A DNA stretch of 64,000 nt from a virus, in IMG/VR virus record IMGVR_UViG_3300012953_000014, positions 32,001-96,000 of that record. One strand, given 5' to 3'. This document shows positions 9,220 through 18,872 of the stretch, piece after piece (the first letter of the stretch is position 1; each line of letters starts with the position of its first letter). The position numbers and the translations under genes were made by a program. The notes below the pieces were generated by a model. That model was not told the DNA's origin and did not search any database. It saw only the letters and a list, made by a program, of their open reading frames with translations.

Positions 9220-11082
9220 TTAAATGTATTTTATCTCACATGCGCCACCGGCACAAGCAATTTCTCCACTTAGATTAGTATTATCATCAACTTCAATAAC
9301 TTTTGTTAAATCAACTTCTTGTAAAGACGACATCATTCTTTCGTATTCTAGTTTGTCGCAGTCTTCAAATGGAGCTTGCTTATATGTGCCGCCATTATAC
9401 GGAAGAACACTTAGACCATTGTAAAACTTGCGGTTTTCCCACATCCATTCACCGACGTTTTCCCATTCACCCTCTTTGATAGAGACTGTCGCAGAAATGT
9501 TGTGCGTATTATTCCCTCTCTTATGTCCGGGTTTGATCCAGTTTTTTGAAAACCACTTAACCCTTTTTAAGAGATCCATGGCCGTTTCATGACGTAAGGT
9601 GGAGCCCTCTGGAGCTTTTTGTGGAATAGAGATAACTGCCGTATCATGTGGTCTGAAGTATTCATCCTCAACTAGTTGTGGGTGATTTATCGATAAATAA
9701 TGATAAATGTCCTCATTCTTTCCAACTCGTATGCGGCGAATGTAATAGTCATTGTGCCAGGCATGAATACCACTAGAACAACCCAACACAAGCGAGGATG
9801 TTCCACTAGGCTTGATTGTGGTCACTCTTGAGGCGGGATTGATACCCAATAGGACGGCGACTCTTTCGTTTTCTTCCTTAGCAAATTTTGATGCCTCTTT
9901 CATGTCCAAGTTTTGCGCTAAGCCTGAACCAATGCCTGTCAAGCCGATGCCCAATAGAGCCTCTCTTTCAGTCGTTCGTTGCCACACAGGACGCAAGTAA
10001 TGAAAATCAGTGTAAGAAGCTTGAAGTGTCCCAACTAGGGCTGCTGCCTGAACTCTACTATTCAAATCTTCTTGAGACTCTACATTGGAAACGTTTACCT
10101 CACACAAGTTACAAAATTGGAAGGGCCTTAAGCCGATCTCACAACAAGGGTTTGTTCCCCAATCCTTATCATTGGTAAAATATATTCCTGGTTCACCAGA
10201 GTTTGAGTGTTCGATTCTCTCCCAAAGCTCCATGAAGAAGTCTTTTTCAACTCGATGACGAACTAAAGTTGCACTATTGTTTGCTCTTGCACGTTGAGGA
10301 TTTTTCTCCCACCAATTACCAGCTTTACAAGCGATCATTTCATCATCATCTGCCGAAAATAACGATATAAGTGCAGCACGCCTAATACCACCAGCGAGAA
10401 CGGCATCAGCAATATGACAAACAACATCATGGACCTCAATGGGTTCAAGTTGTGATCCTTCTTCTTTTTCATTTAAAATAGATTTGATTTGTCGAATACA
10501 AATTTTAAGGGGTTCAGGACCCGGTGCCTTGCCTCCAGAAGTAACTAGTTTTGCACCTTTAGCTCTGATGTCTGAAAAATCAAACTCAATAGTTGATGTT
10601 CCCTCAAAATATGATCGCATCAAAACCTTGACTGCGTCAGCCCAGCCTTCAATGGAGTCGCCAACAAGAAACCGGCGTTTGCGATCCAATCGAGGCTTAC
10701 GAATTTCTGGTAACTTCTCTACATGATGTTTTTGCACGGAAAAACCGATTCCAGTACCACCCAAAAGAAGAAAAAGTATTTCATTAAAAGCTCGGTAATC
10801 ATCAACAGGAATGAAGCCGCAATTGTAAACCCTATTAGGGCTAATTTCGATGGGCTTTCCTCCGAACTGAAGCGAACGCATTGAAGGTAAAATCTTTTTA
10901 TCATAAACATATTTATATGCCTCTTCAATATCCTTTCTCATAAAAGGAAATTTTTTGAGGTGCATTTCTTTGTTTCTGGTTACTAACTCCTCCCATGTTT
11001 CCCTTCTTCCCAAATCATCTCTGTATTTGGCGTATTTCATAAATACTGTAATATCTGATAAGATTTTACTCGACAGTTCCAT
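9220..11082 (-). CDS. nrdJ: Class II (adenosylcobalamin-dependent) ribonucleotide reductase
   Basis: PSMRSLQFGG, YNC, TNPCCEI, TTIKPSGT, C-terminal ACAGGACEI; no beta subunit nearby. Confidence 0.85.
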   Translation of the reverse strand: MELSSKILSDITVFMKYAKYRDDLGRRETWEELVTRNKEMHLKKFPFMRKDIEEAYKYVYDKKILPSMRSLQFGGKPIEISPNRVYNCGFIPVDDYRAFNEILFLLLGGTGIGFSVQKHHVEKLPEIRKPRLDRKRRFLVGDSIEGWADAVKVLMRSYFEGTSTIEFDFSDIRAKGAKLVTSGGKAPGPEPLKICIRQIKSILNEKEEGSQLEPIEVHDVVCHIADAVLAGGIRRAALISLFSADDDEMIACKAGNWWEKNPQRARANNSATLVRHRVEKDFFMELWERIEHSNSGEPGIYFTNDKDWGTNPCCEIGLRPFQFCNLCEVNVSNVESQEDLNSRVQAAALVGTLQASYTDFHYLRPVWQRTTEREALLGIGLTGIGSGLAQNLDMKEASKFAKEENERVAVLLGINPASRVTTIKPSGTSSLVLGCSSGIHAWHNDYYIRRIRVGKNEDIYHYLSINHPQLVEDEYFRPHDTAVISIPQKAPEGSTLRHETAMDLLKRVKWFSKNWIKPGHKRGNNTHNISATVSIKEGEWENVGEWMWENRKFYNGLSVLPYNGGTYKQAPFEDCDKLEYERMMSSLQEVDLTKVIEVDDNTNLSGEIACAGGACEIKYI

Positions 11083-11108
11083 ACATATCTTCTCCTTGGT
11101 TCATTATA

Positions 11109-12491
11109 TTAGGCGTTAGCCCCTTTCATCAATTTTTTATATTTATCCAGCATAAATTTTTGCTGTTCTTCTTGTGACAAAGTTGGTCTCGGGGTTTCAT
11201 CTGGCTCATAACGACTTAGTACCTTGATATCGATATTTGATGTATCCATAAAAATCGAAAATACTAAACCATCTTGCCCATTACGGTTTTTTGCAATATA
11301 CATCCTTCCACCATTTTTCTGTTTGTCTTCAGTTGTTCTGGACACCGAGAAAATAAGATCGGCGACAAAACATTTATTAAACGCTTCAGATATAGATTGC
11401 ATAGTAATGATTTCTGCTTGGAGGCCCGTTCTATTTGTTTGAGAAGCGGTCCAGCCAGCTACCTTATTCTCCATCATTATAGCACGAAGTTCTTCATAAA
11501 TTGATTCTAATTCTTCACGTTTTTCGCGGCGAGTGGACAATGTTCGAAGCAAATCTGCATAATCAACAATGATCATGTCTGGGACGATGCCTTGCTGCTT
11601 TAGTTTTTCCAAGTGAGCCCTGATTGTGTTGGTTGTTGCAGTCTTCGTTGGATACTCTTTAACAATCAATGTACCATCAATATCCTTTAGGAAATCTCGA
11701 ATCTCGTCTTTACGATCCATCAAATCATTCAATGGGATTCCGGTGATGCATGAATCATATCTGTTAGCAATGACAGTATCTTTTAGTTCAAGCGTATAGT
11801 GTACAACTGTCATGCCTGCCTTTAGAGCAGTGGCACCAAGATGTACCAGGACCATAGATTTACCAACACCAGTGGGAGCAATGACAACACCGAGTTCTCC
11901 GCGACCGCAACCGCCACCAGTGATCTCATCCATCTTCTGCCAACCAGTCGTTATTGTATCTCTGCCAGAAAATTCAAATCTTTGCTCAAAATCTTTGATA
12001 TAATCGTAACCAAAGTCTGCGTCTGCACCTGCTTTAAGGGCATCGTTAATCAACACAGAAATCTCGTCAAAAGAGCATTTTTGCAACAGAGTAGACGACT
12101 TCAACATCGCCTCTCTCAACTTTTGTTTTCTGCAAAAATCAAGTGCTGTCTCTTTGATATATTCAGCTGATTCCAGGACATTTATGTTTGATAAAACCCT
12201 AACATAATAATCACGGATCTGTTTTTGCAATGCCTCATTTAAATCTTCAATACCAGATTTGATAATCGTTTTCATAGTCTCATGTGAGGGTTGAGAACCA
12301 TATTTTCTTTTATATTGGAATATCTTTTCTACAAATGATTGCAGATACTTATATTCTAAAAATTCTACATTCAACACCTCAACCATCCTATCTGCAAAGA
12401 CACGATCGTCGAGAATAATGAAAGCTAGTTTTTCCTGGAAGGTTTTTCCATATTTTGAGAAAGATACTTTATCATTACCAGTTTTAGACAT
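11109..12491 (-). CDS. Replicative DnaB/gp41-like helicase
   Basis: Walker A APTGVGKS, YTLEL, IVDYAD, TASQTNR, AKNRNG. Confidence 0.92.
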   Translation of the reverse strand: MSKTGNDKVSFSKYGKTFQEKLAFIILDDRVFADRMVEVLNVEFLEYKYLQSFVEKIFQYKRKYGSQPSHETMKTIIKSGIEDLNEALQKQIRDYYVRVLSNINVLESAEYIKETALDFCRKQKLREAMLKSSTLLQKCSFDEISVLINDALKAGADADFGYDYIKDFEQRFEFSGRDTITTGWQKMDEITGGGCGRGELGVVIAPTGVGKSMVLVHLGATALKAGMTVVHYTLELKDTVIANRYDSCITGIPLNDLMDRKDEIRDFLKDIDGTLIVKEYPTKTATTNTIRAHLEKLKQQGIVPDMIIVDYADLLRTLSTRREKREELESIYEELRAIMMENKVAGWTASQTNRTGLQAEIITMQSISEAFNKCFVADLIFSVSRTTEDKQKNGGRMYIAKNRNGQDGLVFSIFMDTSNIDIKVLSRYEPDETPRPTLSQEEQQKFMLDKYKKLMKGANA

Positions 12492-12519
12492 TATAACCTC
12501 TTAGTTTTGATTTGATTTG

Positions 12520-12548
12520 ATCATATATTAGTTGCGAAAAAAAGTCAA
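12520..12548 (-). promoter_or_regulatory. Sigma70-type promoter upstream of the helicase
   Basis: TTGACT-17 nt-TATGAT. Confidence 0.75.
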
Positions 12549-12572
12549 GACATTTATGGGCGGCTTGAATAA

Positions 12573-13538
12573 CTAGTCCGCGAATGAGTCAATCATCAAT
12601 CTAAATTTTTGAAAAAGTGAGTTCCAATTGTTTTCACTTATTCCATCAACCGTCATCATTTTTAGAACTTCTGTCCTATTAAAAGTTGGTTTAAAATTTT
12701 TAATAGTATCTATAATATGTTGCGAGCTTTTTACAGAAATGTTGGGCGAATAAAGTTGCATCAATTTGTAGTTCAACTCAACTTTGTTTTTTTCAGATAA
12801 AATATTTTTATACAACTTTAACTTAGAATCGGAGGTTCTGCAAAACTTGAATAAATCATCTAACCCATAAGATTTTTCTTCGGCAAGGAAACCAAGGTTT
12901 TTGGATATAGTTTTTAAACCTGCACCCTTGATCCCTTCAAGATTATCTGACTTGTCGCCATCAATAGCTCTAGCGATGGCAAAGTTGTTTGGGTGAATGC
13001 CATATTTGTCAATGATTCTTTTTCTATTCAAAAATTCTTTTTGAACTGGACTGTAGATCATCGTCTCATCATCACACAATTGAATAAAGTCTTTATCCAT
13101 TGAAACAATAATCTTTATATTACCCTTCATAGCTGGCATTCTGCAAATATAAGCAATAACGTCATCTGCCTCGATGTCTTCAATCATGAGTTGGATAACC
13201 GGCATATCATTCAAGTATTCAATCGTCTTTTTCATCTGGTCGTAGCGGTTTTGTGATTCTTCTACGGAAGACATTCCATCATAAGCCCTATTGAGCTTCA
13301 ATGGCTTACGACCATCTTTATATTGTTTTGCAAGTGCTCGACGTTTGGCAGATCCGCCGCCGCCATCCCACACAACAATAACCTTAGTTGGGTTAATCTC
13401 ACGAATAAGCTTTTGAACCGTCATCAAAAAGCCTTTAGTTCCACCAATAGGAGAACCATCAGCGGCGAGGCTCGGGTTCATCACATAATTCCTGATGAAA
13501 GTGTTCATCGCGTCAAATATTAATACTTTTTCAGACAT
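12573..13538 (-). CDS. 5'-3' exonuclease / flap endonuclease (T4 RNase H-like)
   Basis: LIFDAMN, VVWDG, YKDGR, EADDVIA, SMDKDFIQL, GDKSDN. Confidence 0.92.
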   Translation of the reverse strand: MSEKVLIFDAMNTFIRNYVMNPSLAADGSPIGGTKGFLMTVQKLIREINPTKVIVVWDGGGGSAKRRALAKQYKDGRKPLKLNRAYDGMSSVEESQNRYDQMKKTIEYLNDMPVIQLMIEDIEADDVIAYICRMPAMKGNIKIIVSMDKDFIQLCDDETMIYSPVQKEFLNRKRIIDKYGIHPNNFAIARAIDGDKSDNLEGIKGAGLKTISKNLGFLAEEKSYGLDDLFKFCRTSDSKLKLYKNILSEKNKVELNYKLMQLYSPNISVKSSQHIIDTIKNFKPTFNRTEVLKMMTVDGISENNWNSLFQKFRLMIDSFAD

Positions 13539-14345
13539 TTATTCCTCACTGGATAGTTTATCGATGATACTCTCTATGATTTCGATTGTTTCATCAGTTG
13601 TTTTAACTTCAAATGCTCTTTCTGGGTTTGTTTCTTTGATTTTGTCATAAAGTGGTTTATCATTACCATCTTTGGCAGTACACCGATCTCCAATGAACCA
13701 AGGAGTGAGATTCCCACAATGATTTAGGGCGTATGTTTTGTCCCAACCTTTTGGATATATATCAATAGATGTGTTACCACCCATAGAGAAAGATAAAATA
13801 TTCGAAAGGTTGGTTGCTCGAAGAAGTTCTAAATTGTGTTGCCTTATTCCGTGGCGACGATCATATTCTATAAACTTTTTACGATCCTCATCATTTGCCA
13901 ATCGACCAACGGGGCACCAGTTTAATAGCGAACCTCGATAAGATATAAAGTGTCCCGTAGCAGGAAACTTCTTGTACTCTTTCATTAGTGTATAGTAAAG
14001 CCGCTCGGACAACATATACATCAAAAATCGAAATTTGTCTTCTCCAATATGCTCTCTCATATCCAATGAAGACTCTTTTCTCCATTTATCTCTTTCCCAC
14101 TCCGACTTGTCCCAAACATATTTCTGGGTTCCATTGCAGGGCATGATAGTAAAATCTGACAAATCCCTATTTGACTTCAAAAACGCGCCGCATTGCTGCA
14201 TAACATAATCATATCCACTGCCAGTGACAATACCAACTTTGGCAACCTTTGACAGCTCCAATAATGCATCTTGCATTTGTGGCTCCATAGGTTTTCGGGC
14301 TGGTGTTAGAGTTCCATCCATGTCAAATAAGATAATGTTATCCAT
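13539..14345 (-). CDS. HAD-family phosphomannomutase (PMM1/2, Sec53 type)
   Basis: LFDMDGTLTPAR, IVTGS, FISYRGSLLNWCPVGR, GGNTSIDIYPKGWDKTYAL, FIGD..GND. Confidence 0.88.
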   Translation of the reverse strand: MDNIILFDMDGTLTPARKPMEPQMQDALLELSKVAKVGIVTGSGYDYVMQQCGAFLKSNRDLSDFTIMPCNGTQKYVWDKSEWERDKWRKESSLDMREHIGEDKFRFLMYMLSERLYYTLMKEYKKFPATGHFISYRGSLLNWCPVGRLANDEDRKKFIEYDRRHGIRQHNLELLRATNLSNILSFSMGGNTSIDIYPKGWDKTYALNHCGNLTPWFIGDRCTAKDGNDKPLYDKIKETNPERAFEVKTTDETIEIIESIIDKLSSEE

Positions 14346-14348
14346 CGT

Positions 14349-15467
14349 TTACTCCTTTTCGGGAACAGCATCTAAACCATAAAAGTCTTCAGCTTTGCCG
14401 GTTTTATTTTCAAACTTTTGAATCACTTCTTCGTCCATGATATCATAAACGATCTTTGAAAACTTTGGATCACTTTGCATTAACTTAGGAAAAGTTGCTG
14501 CCTGGAACTTCTTTTCATATCCTTCCAAAGTAAACCATGCCCCACTGTTTTTAAGTTTATCAGATGGTTTGATTGCTGTCAAGAGAGATTCATCATTCAT
14601 GATGCCGACTTTCTCTCCACCCCACAAAATTTTAAAGTTACAAATACGACCTTGAGTTCCGAACTTGGATTTTTCGAGCTTGGCCTTGACCTCGCTTCCG
14701 ATTCTGTAGCCGTTATCGTCCTCAATAAACGTTTTCCTACCTTTCAAACCAGTCAACCAAATGCGCAATGAATAAGCATAGATCATGGCTTTGCCGCCTG
14801 GTGTGAACCATGGTTGTGAAAGCATCATCATTGGATTACTAACGTTAATATTTGTCTTTAATTGATTAAGGACAAGAAATGTTGATTGAGTTTTTGACAA
14901 AGAAACCACAAGTTTTTTCATGCCAATCGATAAAACTCGGGGCATTTGGGCCATAGATGACTGTGGGTTGAAGTCTTTCTCAAGATCTGCTCGGCAAGGA
15001 GTCATAGCAAGAGAATCCAGAACAAACAAATAACGATTGTCAGGATCATTTGACATGCACATCTCCATTGTTTCTAAAACTTGCTCAATATCTTCTGGTT
15101 GCAAGATAATGATTTGGTTCTCACCCTCCATGTCACAGCCGAGTTTTTCCAGAAACTCACTTGTCATCGTTGCTTCTGAGTCAAAATATAAAACTTTGAT
15201 TCCCATATCTTGGGCTTCTCTTGCGACTTGGCCAGCCATATAAGATTTACCAGAACTTTCTAAGCCTGCAATCTCCGTAATGCGGCCAACGGGAATACCA
15301 GCCACTTGACCCCTACACGCGATCGAATCAAGCCATCGTGAACCCGTTGGGATCCAGGCTTTGATGTCTGCTGGATTTTCTTGATCTCCTGTGAAAGCAA
15401 TCGTGCGACCTGCTTTTTTGTTGATCATTTTTAATATGTCTTTTGATGATAATTTTCCGTTGGTCAT
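14349..15467 (-). CDS. recA: RecA/UvsX recombinase
   Basis: GRITEIAGLESSGKS, YFDSE, LDSLA, LNQLK, TPGGKA. Confidence 0.9.
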   Translation of the reverse strand: MTNGKLSSKDILKMINKKAGRTIAFTGDQENPADIKAWIPTGSRWLDSIACRGQVAGIPVGRITEIAGLESSGKSYMAGQVAREAQDMGIKVLYFDSEATMTSEFLEKLGCDMEGENQIIILQPEDIEQVLETMEMCMSNDPDNRYLFVLDSLAMTPCRADLEKDFNPQSSMAQMPRVLSIGMKKLVVSLSKTQSTFLVLNQLKTNINVSNPMMMLSQPWFTPGGKAMIYAYSLRIWLTGLKGRKTFIEDDNGYRIGSEVKAKLEKSKFGTQGRICNFKILWGGEKVGIMNDESLLTAIKPSDKLKNSGAWFTLEGYEKKFQAATFPKLMQSDPKFSKIVYDIMDEEVIQKFENKTGKAEDFYGLDAVPEKE

Positions 15468-15483
15468 AATATTTTCCTAAAAT

Positions 15484-15525
15484 AAAAAGGAACCCCACGA
15501 CATTGAATAACACCGCAGGGTTCCC
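15484..15525 (-). terminator. Intrinsic terminator after the SSB gene
   Basis: GGAACCCTGCGGTG..TGTCGTGGGGTTCC stem followed by a T-run. Confidence 0.7.
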
Positions 15526-15555
15526 AAAAACTTAACTTTTAGTTTAGTTTTGTGT

Positions 15556-16287
15556 TTATGCGGACAATTCTCTAATAGCTTCATCGACGCTGCTTACGCC
15601 GGTATCTTCAGGGATCGGACCATCTTCGGGACTAAGGAATGATTCCAAAATCGCCTTTACATCAGATGGTGACTTTCTCTGAAATAGAGATTCAATATCC
15701 GGGACTCCTTCCAAAACTTCCTTGATCGCAGCCTTAGACGTTGCAAGAGCAGAGGACTTCCGCTTTGGAGTCAAGTTAGTTTGTGGAAATGCGCCCTTGG
15801 TTTTAGGGAGAGCGTAGTTCAGAGTAAAATCTACCCCATTATCAACATCAGTAATATCACCATAATCAGGATTAAGAACTAGACCAAGAAGTGTTTCATA
15901 AATGGTCTTTCCATAACCCCAAATGCGAGGGCCGTTTTCTTCTTCGCCACGCACAATCACTGGTGAGAAAAATCGCTGACGAACGAACAAAGACTTAGCA
16001 AGCTTCTTGCTATCATCAGTTCCTTCTTGCCACAATTTAGATGCAAAATCACAAATCGGACATTGCTCACCGAATTGACGTTTAGGACAAAGAACACCGC
16101 CCCGTGCGCCTTCTCCTAGGTTGTAATGAAAATGATAAACCTTAAATGGATCACCATCCTCTGTTGGTACAATGCGAATATCTTGATCACCTTCTTGTGG
16201 ACGCCACCAAACATTGTCTGATTTTTTGCCGCCACCGGATTCAAGTTCTTGAAGTTTGGCCTTCATTTTTGCCATATCTAATGCCAC
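15556..16287 (-). CDS. Single-stranded DNA-binding protein (gp32-like)
   Basis: IRIVP, H..C..CPIC Zn ligands, YGDITD..GVDF, acidic C-terminus; adjacent to recA. Confidence 0.8.
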   Translation of the reverse strand: MALDMAKMKAKLQELESGGGKKSDNVWWRPQEGDQDIRIVPTEDGDPFKVYHFHYNLGEGARGGVLCPKRQFGEQCPICDFASKLWQEGTDDSKKLAKSLFVRQRFFSPVIVRGEEENGPRIWGYGKTIYETLLGLVLNPDYGDITDVDNGVDFTLNYALPKTKGAFPQTNLTPKRKSSALATSKAAIKEVLEGVPDIESLFQRKSPSDVKAILESFLSPEDGPIPEDTGVSSVDEAIRELSA

Positions 16288-16341
16288 GTTATTTCTCCTT
16301 AAGGTAAGATTGGCAAATATCCCAATCTTCCAGTTTTTATT

Positions 16342-17172
16342 TTATTTTTGAATCATTGATGTATGATTCACACAATAAACGTAATCCTGGTCATAGTCTG
16401 TTTCAAAGATCCCATATGTAACTCTTACTCCGTTTTCTTTTTGCTCAATAACAGTTTTTTTAATATCTCTCATTAAGCCAGAATCTGATTCCAGTTTCTC
16501 TTTATTGTATGCATAATAATACACCACATCGGTGACATTGTCAAGAGAAAAAAACATCATATTCTCTTTTTTTGCCGGATCTGCTATGCCGATGGTGGAA
16601 ATCCTCGTTCCAAGTGGTGTATCACAGTAAGTATCCGTAATTGATTGGTTATTTTTGAACACATTAATCATGTGAAAAGTCGATACAATGATTTCGTTAA
16701 TCTTTTCATGATATTTCTTGACAGAAACACCGCCTATCACACCTTCAATTACTTCATTGGAAACAATAAACATTCGGTTAAACAATCCAGATCTCGTATA
16801 TTCTTGAAATACATTATAGGTCAACCTTTCTAGCGTTGCTTGCCTCTCATTCAGTAGTGAAACTTCGGGCCTAATATAAAGAATATTTATCCTTTGCTTT
16901 TTCAAATGTTTTAGTATAGAAAGCGAAGCAGATGATACTTCACCGGCTCCTCCAACGACGAAAAGCAAGTCGCCCTTGACATCCTTAAAAAATTGCTTCA
17001 ATGATGGCAGTTTTTCTTCATATTCTTCGATCTTTTCATACTTTTTTATTGGATAGGTGGTCTTGGTCCGTTTAAGTCCAACATCCAATTTATATACAGA
17101 ATATTGAGGATATTTGGCAAACTCGTCGGCGATGTTACATCCCGCGTTTCCTAAGCCAATAATAGTGTCCAT
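16342..17172 (-). CDS. Divergent tubulin/FtsZ-superfamily protein
   Basis: IIGLGNAGCNIA T1 loop; GGAGEVSS at the signature position; YIRPE; VSN. Confidence 0.65.
   Translation of the reverse strand: MDTIIGLGNAGCNIADEFAKYPQYSVYKLDVGLKRTKTTYPIKKYEKIEEYEEKLPSLKQFFKDVKGDLLFVVGGAGEVSSASLSILKHLKKQRINILYIRPEVSLLNERQATLERLTYNVFQEYTRSGLFNRMFIVSNEVIEGVIGGVSVKKYHEKINEIIVSTFHMINVFKNNQSITDTYCDTPLGTRISTIGIADPAKKENMMFFSLDNVTDVVYYYAYNKEKLESDSGLMRDIKKTVIEQKENGVRVTYGIFETDYDQDYVYCVNHTSMIQK
16516..16544 (-). promoter_or_regulatory. Intragenic sigma70-type promoter for ssb-recA
   Basis: TTGACA-17 nt-TATTAT inside the 3' end of the tubulin-like gene. Confidence 0.65.
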
Positions 17173-17175
17173 TGG

Positions 17176-17352
17176 TTATGCCTCTGATATTGCTTCGTAT
17201 GAAACTAGTTCGAACTTGGCACTGTTTCGATATTTACTTACATGAGCAGGGATCTTGTCGTTTAAGATAAGCAGTAAAACTTGTGGATCGTTACTGACTA
17301 CTGTCTTCATCTTGTCATTTTCTTTGTAAACAAGTTTATACTCTGTTTTCAC
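17176..17352 (-). CDS. Small hypothetical protein (58 aa, not in the ORF track)
   Basis: GTG overlapping the upstream TGA; MKTEYKLVYKENDKMKTVVSNDPQVLLLILNDKIPAHVSKYRNSAKFELVSYEAISEA exactly fills the gap. Confidence 0.65.
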   Translation of the reverse strand: MKTEYKLVYKENDKMKTVVSNDPQVLLLILNDKIPAHVSKYRNSAKFELVSYEAISEA

Positions 17353-17660
17353 TCTGAGATCTCCTCTAAAACAATCTTTTTGCTGAAAGAACCTCTGACT
17401 ATTTTTTTATATTTTTTATGGGCTTTGACACCGGTCAAGCTATATTCTTTCCGCAAAGCATCCATGACCTCTTGAATATCAGCAAACTCTTCAACACAAG
17501 GATTTTCAAAAAACTCTTGTGATTCTTCTAAAAGTTTTTCTTTTAGCTTTTGTCGATACTCTTCTGGATCTGCAATTCGATACTTACAAACCTTTCCCTC
17601 TTCTTTAATGATTTTTGGGATTTTGTCTCTTACAAGTTTATTAAACTTTTTAACTGTCAT
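17349..17660 (-). CDS. MazG-superfamily NTP pyrophosphohydrolase (PRA-PH-like)
   Basis: FNKLVRDKIP..KLLEE.QEF..EEFADIQEV. Confidence 0.85.
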   Translation of the reverse strand: MTVKKFNKLVRDKIPKIIKEEGKVCKYRIADPEEYRQKLKEKLLEESQEFFENPCVEEFADIQEVMDALRKEYSLTGVKAHKKYKKIVRGSFSKKIVLEEISE

Positions 17661-18859
17661 CTAAACCTCCGCATGTTACCGAAATCTGTTCCTAAGCTGG
17701 TATTTACTTTAAAAATGCCCAAATCTGTATTTCCAAATTCCTTTACTAGATTTTCAAGTAGATCTTTGTCATCACGATCAAAGTCAATCACCATACTATC
17801 ATGAATCAGCCCCATTGTAAAGGATTTTCTTCCTTCCAAAATCTTATTGACAGCGACTGCGCGGCGAAGGAACGTGTCTGATGTTGTGCTTTGGATTATA
17901 GCATTCAATGCATGGAACTGATCTGCTTTGATTCGCCTTCCGAAGTGATTTACGACTTCTTCGCCGTTCCAGTACTTTTCGACTGCACTTTGTTTATTGT
18001 AGTATCTCTCAATTTCGGGGATACCAAGAGAAACATTCGGTGGCCCATATAGCCAACTAAATATCTTACGCTTGATGTCATCTCTGTTCATTTCATGATC
18101 TGATAGTTTATTTATTATCTTTCCGTGCCACTCATGTATGTCTTCTCGTGGCTGTTTCGCACCGTTGAGTGCTAGCAAACAACGCAACTCAGCAGCATTG
18201 AAGTCCAACTCAATAAACCAATCATTTTGGGGTTTTATTATTTTTCTATAGTTCCTGTCCAGTGTTAATATCGGGAAAGAGTCTTTTTTTGTTGTCAATC
18301 GACCAGTTATGGTCCCAAAAATATTATAAGATACACGAGGGTCTGTCCTGGCTATCTTGTCTCTCATTTTTCGTGTTCGATACTGGTGAAGATCTGGATC
18401 CATCTTTGACAAATCTATATTTAACTTTTTAGACTGGATATCTGCTAATAACGAACTAAGATTTATTAGGAAATCATAATCACCTGGCCTATCATAGTTT
18501 TTTATAACATGATCCGTTATTTTTGTTCTGATGTCGAAATATTCCAAAAGAAAAGAATGTGGAACCAAGTCATAGAAGCAATAATCTGTCGCCTTGACTT
18601 TTGCTATATCAAAAGATTTAACAAAACACATATATTTTTTCTTAATATTTGACCAGGATTCCTTAAGATATTCAGGACAACATTCATCAAGCGGCTTACC
18701 ACCTGAATATAAGTGTCCATACTCGATATCATAACCCTTGAGAGCAGGATTGTAAGCCCAAGTCATAGAAAGTTCATCATAGTCTGGATCAGAATAAATC
18801 TGATTGTTACTATAAATGTTCTTACAATTTTGTTTTTGATCAATTATTTCAAATAACAT
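17657..18859 (-). CDS. Compact family A DNA polymerase
   Basis: TITGRL, motif A ELDFNAAELR, motif B RDDIKRKIFSWLYG, NAIIQS, motif C IHDS. Confidence 0.8.
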   Translation of the reverse strand: MLFEIIDQKQNCKNIYSNNQIYSDPDYDELSMTWAYNPALKGYDIEYGHLYSGGKPLDECCPEYLKESWSNIKKKYMCFVKSFDIAKVKATDYCFYDLVPHSFLLEYFDIRTKITDHVIKNYDRPGDYDFLINLSSLLADIQSKKLNIDLSKMDPDLHQYRTRKMRDKIARTDPRVSYNIFGTITGRLTTKKDSFPILTLDRNYRKIIKPQNDWFIELDFNAAELRCLLALNGAKQPREDIHEWHGKIINKLSDHEMNRDDIKRKIFSWLYGPPNVSLGIPEIERYYNKQSAVEKYWNGEEVVNHFGRRIKADQFHALNAIIQSTTSDTFLRRAVAVNKILEGRKSFTMGLIHDSMVIDFDRDDKDLLENLVKEFGNTDLGIFKVNTSLGTDFGNMRRFR

Positions 18860-18872
18860 AATGTTGTATAAG

